A DNA stretch of 64,000 bases from Candidatus Kapaibacterium sp. (GTDB lineage Bacteria > Bacteroidota > Ignavibacteria > Kapaibacteriales > UBA2268). Under the pieces are notes generated by a model. The model was not told the origin of the DNA, did no database searches, and saw only the letters and a list, made by a program, of their open reading frames with translations. The position numbers were made by a program, and so were the translations under genes. Below are positions 1-9,959 of this stretch, piece after piece. Within the stretch, counting starts at the first letter, position 1. Each line of letters opens with the position of its first letter. The DNA lies in contig OY761611.1 of the NCBI GenBank assembly GCA_963664875.1, forward strand, positions 2,144,001 to 2,208,000, written 5' to 3'.

Positions 1-100
1 GTTATAAAAGTTATGGCTTGTTAGATTTAGCAGCGTTTCAACATACAAAGCGATAGTGATTTCAAAAGGAATTATGGGCAGATGTATAAGGAGGATTTTA

Positions 101-670
101 ATGCAAGAAGTAATAACGTATTCAAATGTACTGCTAACTGTTTTAACAGGAATATATGTCTATCTTACTTACAAGATTTCTAAAACAAATTCTGATCTGT
201 TAAAAGAACAAACACGCCCTTTTGTGGTAGTAAAATTTCCGTTAGAAGACAATGCTTTAGATATAGTGATTGAAAACATAGGTTTACGACCTGCTTATAA
301 TGTTTCCATTAAGATCTTAAACTTGGAAGAATTGAAGTCTGTCATCCACCCCCATAAATTGAACGCAGGGGATTTTAATAAGCAATCTGATTTATTTCAG
401 CATACATTTCTACCTCCGAATCAGATTATCAGAGATTTTATAAACTTTTCTGAACTCATCTTGAAGAAAGAAAATTTAGAGCTTCCTTTTTTGAAATTAG
501 AGATTTCATATTTAGATACTTATAAAAAAAAGTACAAAGAGGAATATACGATTTCTTTACAAAGCTATCTATACAAATCTAAAATAAAGCAATTCACTGA
601 TACTTACTTTATTGAAGAAATATCAAAACAACTGAAAGAAATTAACAAAACTCTAAAGGCAAAGAAATGA
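101..670 (+). CDS. hypothetical protein with N-terminal transmembrane segment (mobile element cargo)
   Basis: ORF 56-670. The likely start is the ATG at 101, after a GGAGGA RBS. Hydrophobic stretch VLLTVLTGIYVYLTY; overlaps the next ORF (ATGA). Confidence 0.65.
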   Translation: MQEVITYSNVLLTVLTGIYVYLTYKISKTNSDLLKEQTRPFVVVKFPLEDNALDIVIENIGLRPAYNVSIKILNLEELKSVIHPHKLNAGDFNKQSDLFQHTFLPPNQIIRDFINFSELILKKENLELPFLKLEISYLDTYKKKYKEEYTISLQSYLYKSKIKQFTDTYFIEEISKQLKEINKTLKAKK

Positions 671-1053
671 GACGGGATAAAGATTTAATCAGAAAGCTAT
701 TATTATTTGCTGAAGAAAGACATGATTTTCAGATAGGTTTCGAAGGCAACATTGATTCAGCTTCAAGTGAAGATTTTGCAGGTATAACTGAAGGTGATTT
801 AGCTGGTCACTTTAAATTACTAATTGATTCTAAATATTTGGAAGGTAGTTATTTAAAAGCAGAAGATGGTATCATATATGCAGTAGCAGTAACAGCCATC
901 ACTGAAAAAGGATATGATTTATTAGATTCCATCAGAGACAATAGTGTTTGGTCAGAGATAAAACAAGAATTAGGCATAGCAGGCGAATCATGGAGCATGG
1001 ACGTTATTGCAAAACTATCCAGTAGAATCATTGCAAAAAAATTAGGGCTATAG
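667..1053 (+). CDS. DUF2513 family protein
   Basis: MRRDKDLIRKLLL start and ITEKGYDLLDSIRDNSVW motif, typical of DUF2513. Confidence 0.8.
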   Translation: MRRDKDLIRKLLLFAEERHDFQIGFEGNIDSASSEDFAGITEGDLAGHFKLLIDSKYLEGSYLKAEDGIIYAVAVTAITEKGYDLLDSIRDNSVWSEIKQELGIAGESWSMDVIAKLSSRIIAKKLGL

Positions 1054-1149
1054 CTTAAAGTCCATATACTTATCAATAGTTTTTGCACCACTATAACAAA
1101 AAGAATACATATTCGTACCACCTAATACATTATATTAGGGTATTGAATT

Positions 1150-1533
1150 ATGCACAAAATACACGAAACTTTATATTGTCCATTCTGCTATGCAAGGGCT
1201 TACTTTAAGGAATATTATCCTTCAAAAATAAAAGCTACTGGCGAAAATCCATCACGCAAACGGTACAAATGTATTCATTGCAAGAAAACTTACATCGCTG
1301 AAGGTGACTTTTATATCAACGCACGTCCGCAAAAACCATCCGCACAGCTTGACAAAGTCAGTAAATTGCTGAGAGAAAAAGTCGATGAAATAGCTAAACT
1401 ATACCCTCAATTTGATAATCTATTCAATTTACACTATAAAAAGCAAACAGATCCTCTCGGCAACACAGCCATAGAAAGATTTAAGCAGGATATTCTATCT
1501 TCATTAGACAGTACTATCAATGAAGATGAATAG
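1150..1533 (+). CDS. zinc-ribbon protein (InsA/IS1-like N-terminus), hypothetical
   Basis: CPFC...G...RKRYKCIHCKKTY four-cysteine motif. Confidence 0.55.
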   Translation: MHKIHETLYCPFCYARAYFKEYYPSKIKATGENPSRKRYKCIHCKKTYIAEGDFYINARPQKPSAQLDKVSKLLREKVDEIAKLYPQFDNLFNLHYKKQTDPLGNTAIERFKQDILSSLDSTINEDE

Positions 1534-1541
1534 CATATTAT

Positions 1542-2873
1542 TTAACCAACAAACCTTATAATATTGGCATCCCTATAACCCTGCTCATTCGGTTCATAGA
1601 TTTTTTGGACTTCTTCGCATGCTTCTAATTTTGTGCGTCTTATATATTTGTTAAAATGCTTATCTGAGCGATGTCCTGAAAGTTTTTTAACGACATCAAT
1701 GGATACACCTCGTTTAATCAAGTTCGTAATAAACGACCTTCGCCCAGTATGAGACTTGACCATTTCAAACCTCTGTTTTTGTACTAATTCATTACCTGAC
1801 AGTAGAGCAGATTCCACAGTAATTAAGTTGGTAATGTTTGCCCTTTTTGCGATTTCTTTTAAATATTTGTTATAAACAGCATTTGAAAAAGTTGGGAAGC
1901 TGTTATTATAAATACAATTTCTAATTATCCCCCGAATGTGTGGTAAGATTGGCAGTGTAACTCTCTCATTAGTTTTCATGGTAATTAGTGAAATAGTATT
2001 ATCTTCCAAATTGATACTACTTGAATTTAGATTATTAGCATCTTCGAATCTAAGCCCTGTCCAGGATTGTATCATAAACAAATCCTTTGCTTTTCGTTCG
2101 TCTTCAGATAAGCCTTTCAAACTCCCGATTCTTCCTAATTCTTCTTCCGTCAAATATACTTCATCCGCTGAAGCAGTAGGTATTATTAAAACTTTACTAT
2201 AGTTTTTGTTGTCAATTAAGTTACAATCGTAGCTGTAGTTCAACATACTTTTGATGATTTTGATATGCTTGCCAAAGCTATTAATCTTCATATCAGACTG
2301 GGAGCAAAAATCACGGAAGCTATTATAAAATTCTTTACCAATATGATTCGCATTGATATTAAATGCACACTCTGTTTGAAATCTTTTTAGAAGGTTATAG
2401 GTTGATTGATATGACTTTATAGTAGCACTCTGAAGCAATCTCCCATTAATGTTTCTGCGGTTTCCTGACTTAGAATCTTCAATAAAGTTATAAAAAAGAT
2501 CTTCAATTGTTGCTTGTGTGCTACTCGGAACTCCTTTAGTTTGGACAATAAGTTTTTTAAGATGAGTTGTCTCTACAAAATCAATTTTATTGTTAATTAA
2601 GTCGATGCAATAGTTTATAACAGCATCTTCCAAATTATCAAGAAAATTATTGATAGTAGCTGAATGTGGATCTGTTCTCTTCAATCTTTGTTTATTTTTA
2701 TCCCAAAAATGTTTATTTACTTCAAGAGATAGGCTTGTTCGAATCCTTCTCTTGTTAAAATTAAAAACAATATAAAGATATGATCTTCCATGTACATCCT
2801 GTATATAGAATCGTATATTCGGTATTTTACATCTATCGAAGAAATTTATATTACTGTTTTTTTCTTGCATCAA
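1542..2873 (-). CDS. tyrosine recombinase/integrase (Bacteroidetes type, arm-binding and SAM-like domains)
   Basis: Catalytic motifs TGLRFED, KT, SHTGRRSF, SGH and YIR are all intact; N-terminal RIRTSLSLEV..FWD..KQR arm-binding motif. Confidence 0.92.
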   Translation of the reverse strand: MMQEKNSNINFFDRCKIPNIRFYIQDVHGRSYLYIVFNFNKRRIRTSLSLEVNKHFWDKNKQRLKRTDPHSATINNFLDNLEDAVINYCIDLINNKIDFVETTHLKKLIVQTKGVPSSTQATIEDLFYNFIEDSKSGNRRNINGRLLQSATIKSYQSTYNLLKRFQTECAFNINANHIGKEFYNSFRDFCSQSDMKINSFGKHIKIIKSMLNYSYDCNLIDNKNYSKVLIIPTASADEVYLTEEELGRIGSLKGLSEDERKAKDLFMIQSWTGLRFEDANNLNSSSINLEDNTISLITMKTNERVTLPILPHIRGIIRNCIYNNSFPTFSNAVYNKYLKEIAKRANITNLITVESALLSGNELVQKQRFEMVKSHTGRRSFITNLIKRGVSIDVVKKLSGHRSDKHFNKYIRRTKLEACEEVQKIYEPNEQGYRDANIIRFVG

Positions 2874-2945
2874 GCATACTCAAATTGGTTTGTTTGATGT
2901 ATATATTTCCGTTGCTTTGCCCTATTTGTGGAGAATAGGGTGTTA

Positions 2946-4187
2946 TTACATACTATCCAAAATATTTCTTATGCTATTAACAGATTCTACCTGAGTTATC
3001 CGCACGTATTTATCGAAGGATTTACGTGATCTGTGCCCAGAGACTTTCATGACCAACTCTGGTAAAACTCCACGTTTTAACATTAGTGTGATGAACGTTC
3101 GACGTGCTGTGTGTGAAGTCAGCATTTGAAATTTGGGCATCAACTTTTCAATACGACGATTCCCAGAATATCTCACAGTTTTGACTGCTTCATGTATTCC
3201 TGCAAGTTCCGCTATGCGTTTTATATGTTTATTGTATAGTTGAACATTTATTTTTGGAATTTCAAAATTATATTTTTGTAGAATTGCTATACTCTTGTGT
3301 GATAATGGGATAACAAGGTTGTGTTCTGTTTTATGAGTAGTAATTATTAACAACTGTTCTTGAATGTTTATATTAGAGCTTTCTATTGACAATAGATCTC
3401 CAACTCTGACACCTGTGAAGCATTGGAGTAAAAATAAATCTTTTGCAAACAATAATGTATTTGGTAGGTTATCAGTAACTTCAATTTTGTTCAGTTCGTC
3501 TTCAGTCAGAGCTATGTGGTTGGGATCAGATGGAAATACACGCAACCCTTTTACGAATTTGTCATATGAGTTCCAGGATTGTTCTTTCGCATAATGCAAG
3601 AACGTCTTTATTATTTTGACCAGTTTGCCAGCAGACCCATTCAAAATTGACAGAGACGAACAATATGAAGTAAATTCTGAAAAGAAGATTTTATCAATAT
3701 TCTCAAATTTTAACTTGTATCCCGTCGATGTTTGAAACTTGACCAAGTGATTGTAGCAACTATGATAACTTTGAATGGTAGATTTTTTTATTCTTCGTCC
3801 ATTAGGTGTCAATCGTTTTCCTTCAGAAGAATCTGAAATAAATTCTAAGAAAAAAGCCAAGAATGTTTTCTCTTTATTTTGAGCTTTAGGTGATATTAAA
3901 TCATCAATATACTCTACAAAATTTGTTAAATCCACAGCTTCGTTTCTCAAAAGATGGCTATTGTAAAATTCATAGATGTCATTTGTTAATTGCGCAAGAT
4001 AGTTATTGACAGTTCGATTGTTTGAAGACGAAGCATCTAACCTCTGCTTCTTCTTGTCCCAGTCAGATGCTTGAAAAACGACATGAAGTTTTTTGCGAAT
4101 TCTTTTTCTATTGTGATGTATTGAAATGTATAAATAAGAATTATTTCTTACTTTGATAAGATTAAAATTGACATTTAGCTTCCCCAT
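2946..4187 (-). CDS. tyrosine recombinase/integrase (Bacteroidetes type)
   Basis: Motifs TGVRVGD, KT, SHTARRTF, SGH and YVR are intact; N-terminal WDKKKQR motif. Confidence 0.92.
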   Translation of the reverse strand: MGKLNVNFNLIKVRNNSYLYISIHHNRKRIRKKLHVVFQASDWDKKKQRLDASSSNNRTVNNYLAQLTNDIYEFYNSHLLRNEAVDLTNFVEYIDDLISPKAQNKEKTFLAFFLEFISDSSEGKRLTPNGRRIKKSTIQSYHSCYNHLVKFQTSTGYKLKFENIDKIFFSEFTSYCSSLSILNGSAGKLVKIIKTFLHYAKEQSWNSYDKFVKGLRVFPSDPNHIALTEDELNKIEVTDNLPNTLLFAKDLFLLQCFTGVRVGDLLSIESSNINIQEQLLIITTHKTEHNLVIPLSHKSIAILQKYNFEIPKINVQLYNKHIKRIAELAGIHEAVKTVRYSGNRRIEKLMPKFQMLTSHTARRTFITLMLKRGVLPELVMKVSGHRSRKSFDKYVRITQVESVNSIRNILDSM

Positions 4188-4377
4188 CAGATTCCCACTA
4201 TATTGATAAAAATTTTATGTCAAACTGTATGACAGTATTTGACATTCTTACCGCCAAAACTTTAAATTGAAAGATAAAGTATATTTAACATATATGTCTA
4301 TTCGGTTGAGATTATGGGAGATATGAAATATATAACAAAGAAGAAGGATAAATGCTTTTCTAAACAATTGACTTATG

Positions 4378-4451
4378 CAATTCCGTCCCCGACCACTGGA
4401 AGAAACTTATAAATCCTTATAGCTGATAAAGTTATAAGGATTTTTTGTTTG
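4378..4451 (+). mobile_element. att-like site: 3' end of tRNA-Phe (from the T-loop) plus downstream terminator
   Basis: 74 bp identical to the reverse complement of 39606-39679; lies next to the integrase genes. Confidence 0.85.
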
Positions 4452-4461
4452 GGGTTGGGGG

Positions 4462-4555
4462 GTGTCAGCTTAACACTATTGAAAATTTACAATATTAAGC
4501 CCACCGCCCCACCCACTCGAAAGGCAGTGTCAGCTTAACACTATTGAAAATTTAC
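4462..4555 (+). repeat. 29-bp direct repeat pair (GTGTCAGCTTAACACTATTGAAAATTTAC) separated by 36 nt
   Basis: Exact copies at 4462-4490 and 4527-4555. Confidence 0.85.
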
Positions 4556-5155
4556 TACATTGTAAATTTCTACAAATGCTTTACTCTGAGTTCTTAGAGT
4601 TTTGCTTTTATTAAACCTCAATTCCTTTTTACTTTGATAGACTCAATGTGTTTTTTCTTCCTCAGCGGTATTTGAATTCATTCTTGCAAAAAATTTACAT
4701 CACTCTTCCTGCCTTCCATTGAATTTAGGCAAATTAGAATCTCGCGGTACTTACTTCAGAACTATTTTAGAACTTTTTGATAGCTCTTAGTCGTCCTATC
4801 TACTCTATGTTTTCCCTGCCTTATTGCTTTAAAATTAAAGTGCTTCAACTAATACTCATCTGTAAAGTAAATGTTATTCCAAAATTTTGATTAGATATAC
4901 CATTTAATATTATTTTTGTATAAATAGGTGTCATAATATGTCACTAATAAAAGTCTATATACATATAAACGATAATAGATTCAGGGAATACAAAAAAAAG
5001 AAATCTCAAAGAAGTTAAAAAATAATTAGACAATTGGAAAAATATTATTATATTCATTGTATTGTATGTTTGTTATCCTACGGGAATGCTCTAATATACA
5101 ATATTATAAACAATATTCTAACAATAAAAAATATTCACAATGTTAAGGAGGATAC

Positions 5156-5812
5156 ATGAGGTTATATGTAAATTTTAGTGCAAATGACTCACCTATTCCA
5201 TTTGACTATCAGTACAAGCTAACCGGGTTGCTGCACAAATGGCTCGGTAAAAATGATATTCATGATGGCAAAAGCTTATATTCTTTCTCGTGGCTCAAGG
5301 GTGACTACTATCTGCAGCATGGTCTAAACTTTGAGCAGGGAGCGAAGTGGTTTATAAGTTTTCATGACAGTGAGCTTGGCAAAATTCTGATTGACGCAAT
5401 CCAAAAAGACCCAACCGCTATTTACGGGATGAGAGTCGAAGAGATTGTTATAAAAACTGATCCTGAATATACTGACAAGGCACACTTACCTGCTGCCTCA
5501 CCAATTTTAGTTCGTGACTATAGCAGCAATCCAAACGGGAACTATCTAACGCCTAAACACGAGGACACCGGCAAGCTACTTACCGACTCTATCAAGAACA
5601 AAATGAAGTTTGCGGGGTTAGACTACGACATAAAAATCAATTTTGACAAAACTTATCCAAGAGCCAAAACCAAACTAATCGACATCAAAGGCATAAAACA
5701 CAGAGCCAATATCTGCCCTGTGATAATGGAAGGCGACCCGGAAGCCATTCGTTTCGCCAGAAATGTAGGCATAGGTCACCTGACCGGTTGTGGTTTTGGA
5801 GCATTGGAATAA
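5156..5812 (+). CDS. cas6: CRISPR-associated endoribonuclease Cas6
   Basis: C-terminal glycine-rich loop GIGHLTGCGFG; YSFSWL motif; AGGAGG RBS. Confidence 0.92.
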   Translation: MRLYVNFSANDSPIPFDYQYKLTGLLHKWLGKNDIHDGKSLYSFSWLKGDYYLQHGLNFEQGAKWFISFHDSELGKILIDAIQKDPTAIYGMRVEEIVIKTDPEYTDKAHLPAASPILVRDYSSNPNGNYLTPKHEDTGKLLTDSIKNKMKFAGLDYDIKINFDKTYPRAKTKLIDIKGIKHRANICPVIMEGDPEAIRFARNVGIGHLTGCGFGALE

Positions 5813-5824
5813 AGGAGAGAAGAG

Positions 5825-6439
5825 ATGAAACTATACTTAGTTAAATATAAAGGCCCATTTGGATATATCAAACCTTGGACCGCTGTCAGAGACGATGAAA
5901 CTTTCAGCCAGCAATTTTTGACACCTTCCATTATAGAGGGTATGGAGAAAAAGCTTTTTCCGGAAATGCTCTCCCAAAAGGGAATTCAAAAGATTAAGAG
6001 ACATCGGTTGAGGTATAGAAGCATGTCAAAACAACAGGAAGTTACTCAACCCAAAGGTACTGAAATTAAAAGCAAACCAAAAGAAGGTAAAATTGAAGTC
6101 AAGAGAGATAGATCTATTATCAATCGCTTTGTACTCGTTGAACCAACTTTGTTTTTAGCATTTGATAACCAGGAAGATGCTGAAATAGCTTCAACACAAC
6201 ACATCTGCTTATGTAGAAATGAAGATGTGTTGCTTCCTACTCAGGAAATTATCGAAACAACTTCCGATGAATTCGATAACAATAATGGGAGTTTCAATGG
6301 TTTTGAACTAGTTTTTGGAGAGTCGGAAGATTCGTTTATTGTAGGTATGAATCGATATGATATGTCAAAAACCATGCACGGCAGTTTCAAAATAGTCGGT
6401 CAAAATCCTTTAATTTCTGAGTTTACTCATGAAGACTAA
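5825..6439 (+). CDS. cas5: CRISPR-associated protein Cas5
   Basis: N-terminal GPFGYIKPW...TPS..EG pattern, size and position in the cas operon. Confidence 0.75.
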   Translation: MKLYLVKYKGPFGYIKPWTAVRDDETFSQQFLTPSIIEGMEKKLFPEMLSQKGIQKIKRHRLRYRSMSKQQEVTQPKGTEIKSKPKEGKIEVKRDRSIINRFVLVEPTLFLAFDNQEDAEIASTQHICLCRNEDVLLPTQEIIETTSDEFDNNNGSFNGFELVFGESEDSFIVGMNRYDMSKTMHGSFKIVGQNPLISEFTHED

Positions 6440-8570
6440 TAGATATATTTACGCAAAAAGTGATGGAGTTTTGCTTAAAGATCACCTAAATCAAGTTGCA
6501 ATAGTTGCGGAACGAATAGCACACAAATTAGGCTATAATCCTAAGTTATTGAAAAATGGTGCAATTTTGCATGATATTGGTAAAACTCACCCAAAATTTC
6601 AAGAAGCCCTTTTCAGTAAAAGCAAGCCAACTGAGGAAAAGGTGTTTAGACATGAGATTGCTTCTATACTATTTTTGCCCTTATTTCCTAAAGAAGAATG
6701 GAATCAGCTGATTGAGATGGTTATTGCACATCACAAATCACCTGAGACTTCTGAAAAAAAAGGTAACGGTATTATCGATCTTATAGAAATTGAAGGGGAA
6801 GAAGAGATCTTTGATTTTCACACTTCTCAATGGGATGATTGGTCTAAAGACGCATTGCAAATTTTGGATTCTTTTGGGATTACTTCTAAATATTTATCAT
6901 TAGATGATGCCCAAGAAGCATTTGATTATTGTATCGATTATTGCGAAAATTTAGGCTCTGGGTGGTCGGAATACAAAGGAATTTTGAACATAGCAGATCA
7001 CATAGCATCTTCTATATATGATGCAACTGAAACTATTTCAGAACAACTTTTTAATATTCCTAATTTGGAACAATATAATGCCTTAGAGAGAAAATCTGAG
7101 TTATTCCCTTTGTCCCTAATTTCTGTAGAAAGTAAATGTCCTCACTCTTTGGTGATTGCTCCAACCGGAGCTGGTAAGACAGATTATTTGTTTAGAAGAT
7201 GCAATGGTCGGGTTTTTTATACACTGCCATTTCAAGCCTCAATAAATGCAATGTATCATCGAGTGAGAGACTTTCTGCCTGATGACACTGATATTAGATT
7301 GCAGCACTCGACTTCAAGGTTACAAATTGACGACAAGAATAATTTTGAAGAAAAGGTGATGCAATCTAAAGCCGGAGCTGCTATCAAAATTCTTACTCCT
7401 CATCAGTTAGCTGCTTTAATATGTGGCACAAAGGGGTTTGAAGCTATCGCTTTAGATATAAGAGAATGTGATGTCATTTTGGATGAAATACATTGCTATT
7501 CTGATGTATCTCAGGCAATGGTAATTGAAATAGTGAAAGTATTAGTTAGACTTGGTTGCAGAATACACCTTGGGAGTGCGACTATGCCTACTGTGTTGAC
7601 GGATATGCTGTTAGATATCCTTGGTCGAGATAATGTGCTTATCACTAAACTTGATGATAATGAGCTTGACAAATTTGACAGACACAGAATTATTAAATGT
7701 GATACTGCAGATTTGCCAATAAACACTGTCTCTGAGTACATTGAGCAAAACCAGAAAGTATTGGTTGTATGCAATAAAGTTGATACAGCACAAGCGAGAT
7801 ATGATTCTCTCAAAGAGACTTTTCCTAACATTCCGATTTTGCTACTCCACAGCAGATTTAAAAGAGCTGACAGAGCGCAAAAAGAATTCGAACTCATTAA
7901 TACGTACAACAATCGAGAAGTAAATCCTGATGCGTGCATAGTAGTTTCTACACAAGTAGTAGAAGTAAGTTTAGATATTAGCTTCGATGTGATGTTTACT
8001 GATGCAGCACCAATAGATGCTATGATACAAAGATTTGGTAGAATCAACAGAAAACGTACAAAAGAAACAGTAGCAAAGAAAATTATAAAAGATATACATA
8101 TTCTTGCACCACCTGATTCCCAAAGAGATGTTCTTCCATACAAAAAAGAAATAGTTGATGCTTCATTTGAGCAATTCGAAAATGGGGAAATTGTCAAGGA
8201 AAAACTTATCCAAAATAAAATTGACAATGTTTATCCAAAAATAGATATGGCATCAATCAAAACTAAAATTGTATGGGATGGAGACAGGTTTTTGCTTAAA
8301 AAGCTAAATCATTATCCTAAAGCAGTTTTGATGGAAACATTAAATATCGAATCTGCTACAGCTATTGTTTATCAAGACGCTGAGACTTATAACAAGAGTA
8401 AAGGTGATGATAGGATACCTCTTGAAATACCTATACCAAGAAGCACCCGCTTCAAAAAGTTTACAAACTTTGGATATAGTTCTGAAGGAGCAAGACCTGT
8501 AATAGTCCATGATGACCTATATTCATACGAACGTGGATTGATTTTTGAAGAAATAGATAACTTTTTATAG
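6429..8570 (+). CDS. cas3: Cas3 HD nuclease/helicase
   Basis: LHDIGK HD motif, HH, ADH, Walker A APTGAGKT, DEIH, TQVVEVSLDI and QRFGRINR. Confidence 0.96.
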   Translation: MKTNRYIYAKSDGVLLKDHLNQVAIVAERIAHKLGYNPKLLKNGAILHDIGKTHPKFQEALFSKSKPTEEKVFRHEIASILFLPLFPKEEWNQLIEMVIAHHKSPETSEKKGNGIIDLIEIEGEEEIFDFHTSQWDDWSKDALQILDSFGITSKYLSLDDAQEAFDYCIDYCENLGSGWSEYKGILNIADHIASSIYDATETISEQLFNIPNLEQYNALERKSELFPLSLISVESKCPHSLVIAPTGAGKTDYLFRRCNGRVFYTLPFQASINAMYHRVRDFLPDDTDIRLQHSTSRLQIDDKNNFEEKVMQSKAGAAIKILTPHQLAALICGTKGFEAIALDIRECDVILDEIHCYSDVSQAMVIEIVKVLVRLGCRIHLGSATMPTVLTDMLLDILGRDNVLITKLDDNELDKFDRHRIIKCDTADLPINTVSEYIEQNQKVLVVCNKVDTAQARYDSLKETFPNIPILLLHSRFKRADRAQKEFELINTYNNREVNPDACIVVSTQVVEVSLDISFDVMFTDAAPIDAMIQRFGRINRKRTKETVAKKIIKDIHILAPPDSQRDVLPYKKEIVDASFEQFENGEIVKEKLIQNKIDNVYPKIDMASIKTKIVWDGDRFLLKKLNHYPKAVLMETLNIESATAIVYQDAETYNKSKGDDRIPLEIPIPRSTRFKKFTNFGYSSEGARPVIVHDDLYSYERGLIFEEIDNFL

Positions 8571-8581
8571 GAGATTCTTAT

Positions 8582-9958
8582 ATGTACGCTTCGCACATAG
8601 GGAAGAAATTCCTGCAATATTACAACAAAAAACATGGGACTAACTATTCTGCAAAGGAATACTTTATAAAAGTACATTGGCCTTTGTTTTACGATGACCC
8701 TAATTATTTACACTATTCAGGAAACGACCCTATCGGACAGTTGACTAAGCAAAAAGATGTAAATAATCAACCAAAACAAAACATAGAAATTGAAAGAAGA
8801 ACTGCATTAGAGAAGTTAACATTAAAACTTGACAAATATGATTCTTCTGAATTAAAGTTTCCAAATGCAGGTATGAGTGTGTCGTTTCCTGCGGAGAGCC
8901 TAATAGGAACAACTTCAGGTCAAATTACTTCCTTATATCCTAATTTTAGATCTGAAGACTTGTATCTAGATTGGATAGGAATTGCTTTTACCATTGGCAT
9001 TGCAGGTGGTATAAATATACTCATCGACGATGAACAAGTTTTCGAATTTTTGGAAGAAGGATTTTCAATCTATAGAGAATACATAAAAGAGACCCCTGAA
9101 ATAAAAAATAAGATTGAAACATGGAATGGCATTTGGCTGATGCACAGAACTTCCAAACATTATGATTCTGATAATCCAAGATATCAATTTAATCCTGTGT
9201 CATTCAAAAAAGATAATATTGAAATGACACGCATCACTTGGATACAAATCTACTTTATCTTTTCGGATATTTCGGATAACGAAATTGTAAATGCTTATGT
9301 CTTTTCATTAGGACAGATGAATAAAACCATCGGGTTTATCCAGTTTATCATAAAGGATGTTAAGAGACTATCTCATTTATATAAAGAATTATATTCAAAC
9401 AATGAAAGTCTCTTAAATAAAAAACTATCAATGATTTATGAGACCGAAAGAGGTTTCTATGTTACGTGTCAAAGTGGAGTTGTCGGTCTAAAACAACTCG
9501 AACCTAAAGACTTCAAAAAATTTATGCATCCGGGAGCAAATGGCACTTATCCCAAACCAAAGACAGATGAAAACTCACAAATCAGTTATTATATTTACAA
9601 ACTATGGATTGTTGCTATGTTAAATAACAAAGACATGTTAGAATTAGCTAAAGAATCTGCAAACGCCTTTAGAGACTTCACCAAGCTAATTAAGAGAGTG
9701 GGTACTGCAAAGGACACCATAATTTCAGCAATTCTCGAAGCTAAAAGTAAAAAGGCATTTGTTGATGCTATTAATGATTTATTAAGCTCGAAAGACTTCA
9801 AAGCAGAAGTGTTCATGGAGTTTGACGGGAATCCTTCTTTAGCTTCTGTTTTAGAAAAACTTGTTGAAGCAGCGATGTTAGACATTGCCACTGACAACTT
9901 ACCGTTATTCATTTCACTTTTAAAATTCGAATATCTAATCAATAACTTGGAGAAATAA
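8582..9958 (+). CDS. cas8: Cascade large subunit (Cas8b-like)
   Basis: 458 aa between cas3 and cas7; TTSGQIT motif and helical C-terminus. Assigned mainly by position. Confidence 0.65.
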   Translation: MYASHIGKKFLQYYNKKHGTNYSAKEYFIKVHWPLFYDDPNYLHYSGNDPIGQLTKQKDVNNQPKQNIEIERRTALEKLTLKLDKYDSSELKFPNAGMSVSFPAESLIGTTSGQITSLYPNFRSEDLYLDWIGIAFTIGIAGGINILIDDEQVFEFLEEGFSIYREYIKETPEIKNKIETWNGIWLMHRTSKHYDSDNPRYQFNPVSFKKDNIEMTRITWIQIYFIFSDISDNEIVNAYVFSLGQMNKTIGFIQFIIKDVKRLSHLYKELYSNNESLLNKKLSMIYETERGFYVTCQSGVVGLKQLEPKDFKKFMHPGANGTYPKPKTDENSQISYYIYKLWIVAMLNNKDMLELAKESANAFRDFTKLIKRVGTAKDTIISAILEAKSKKAFVDAINDLLSSKDFKAEVFMEFDGNPSLASVLEKLVEAAMLDIATDNLPLFISLLKFEYLINNLEK

Positions 9959-9959
9959 T

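Noticed and set aside
4580-4950. Possible decayed minus-strand ORF and an imperfect palindrome (GTGTCA-taata-TGTCAC, 4928-4944) upstream of cas6
   Set aside because: Multiple stop codons and no recognisable protein; the palindrome is too short and imperfect to call an operator.
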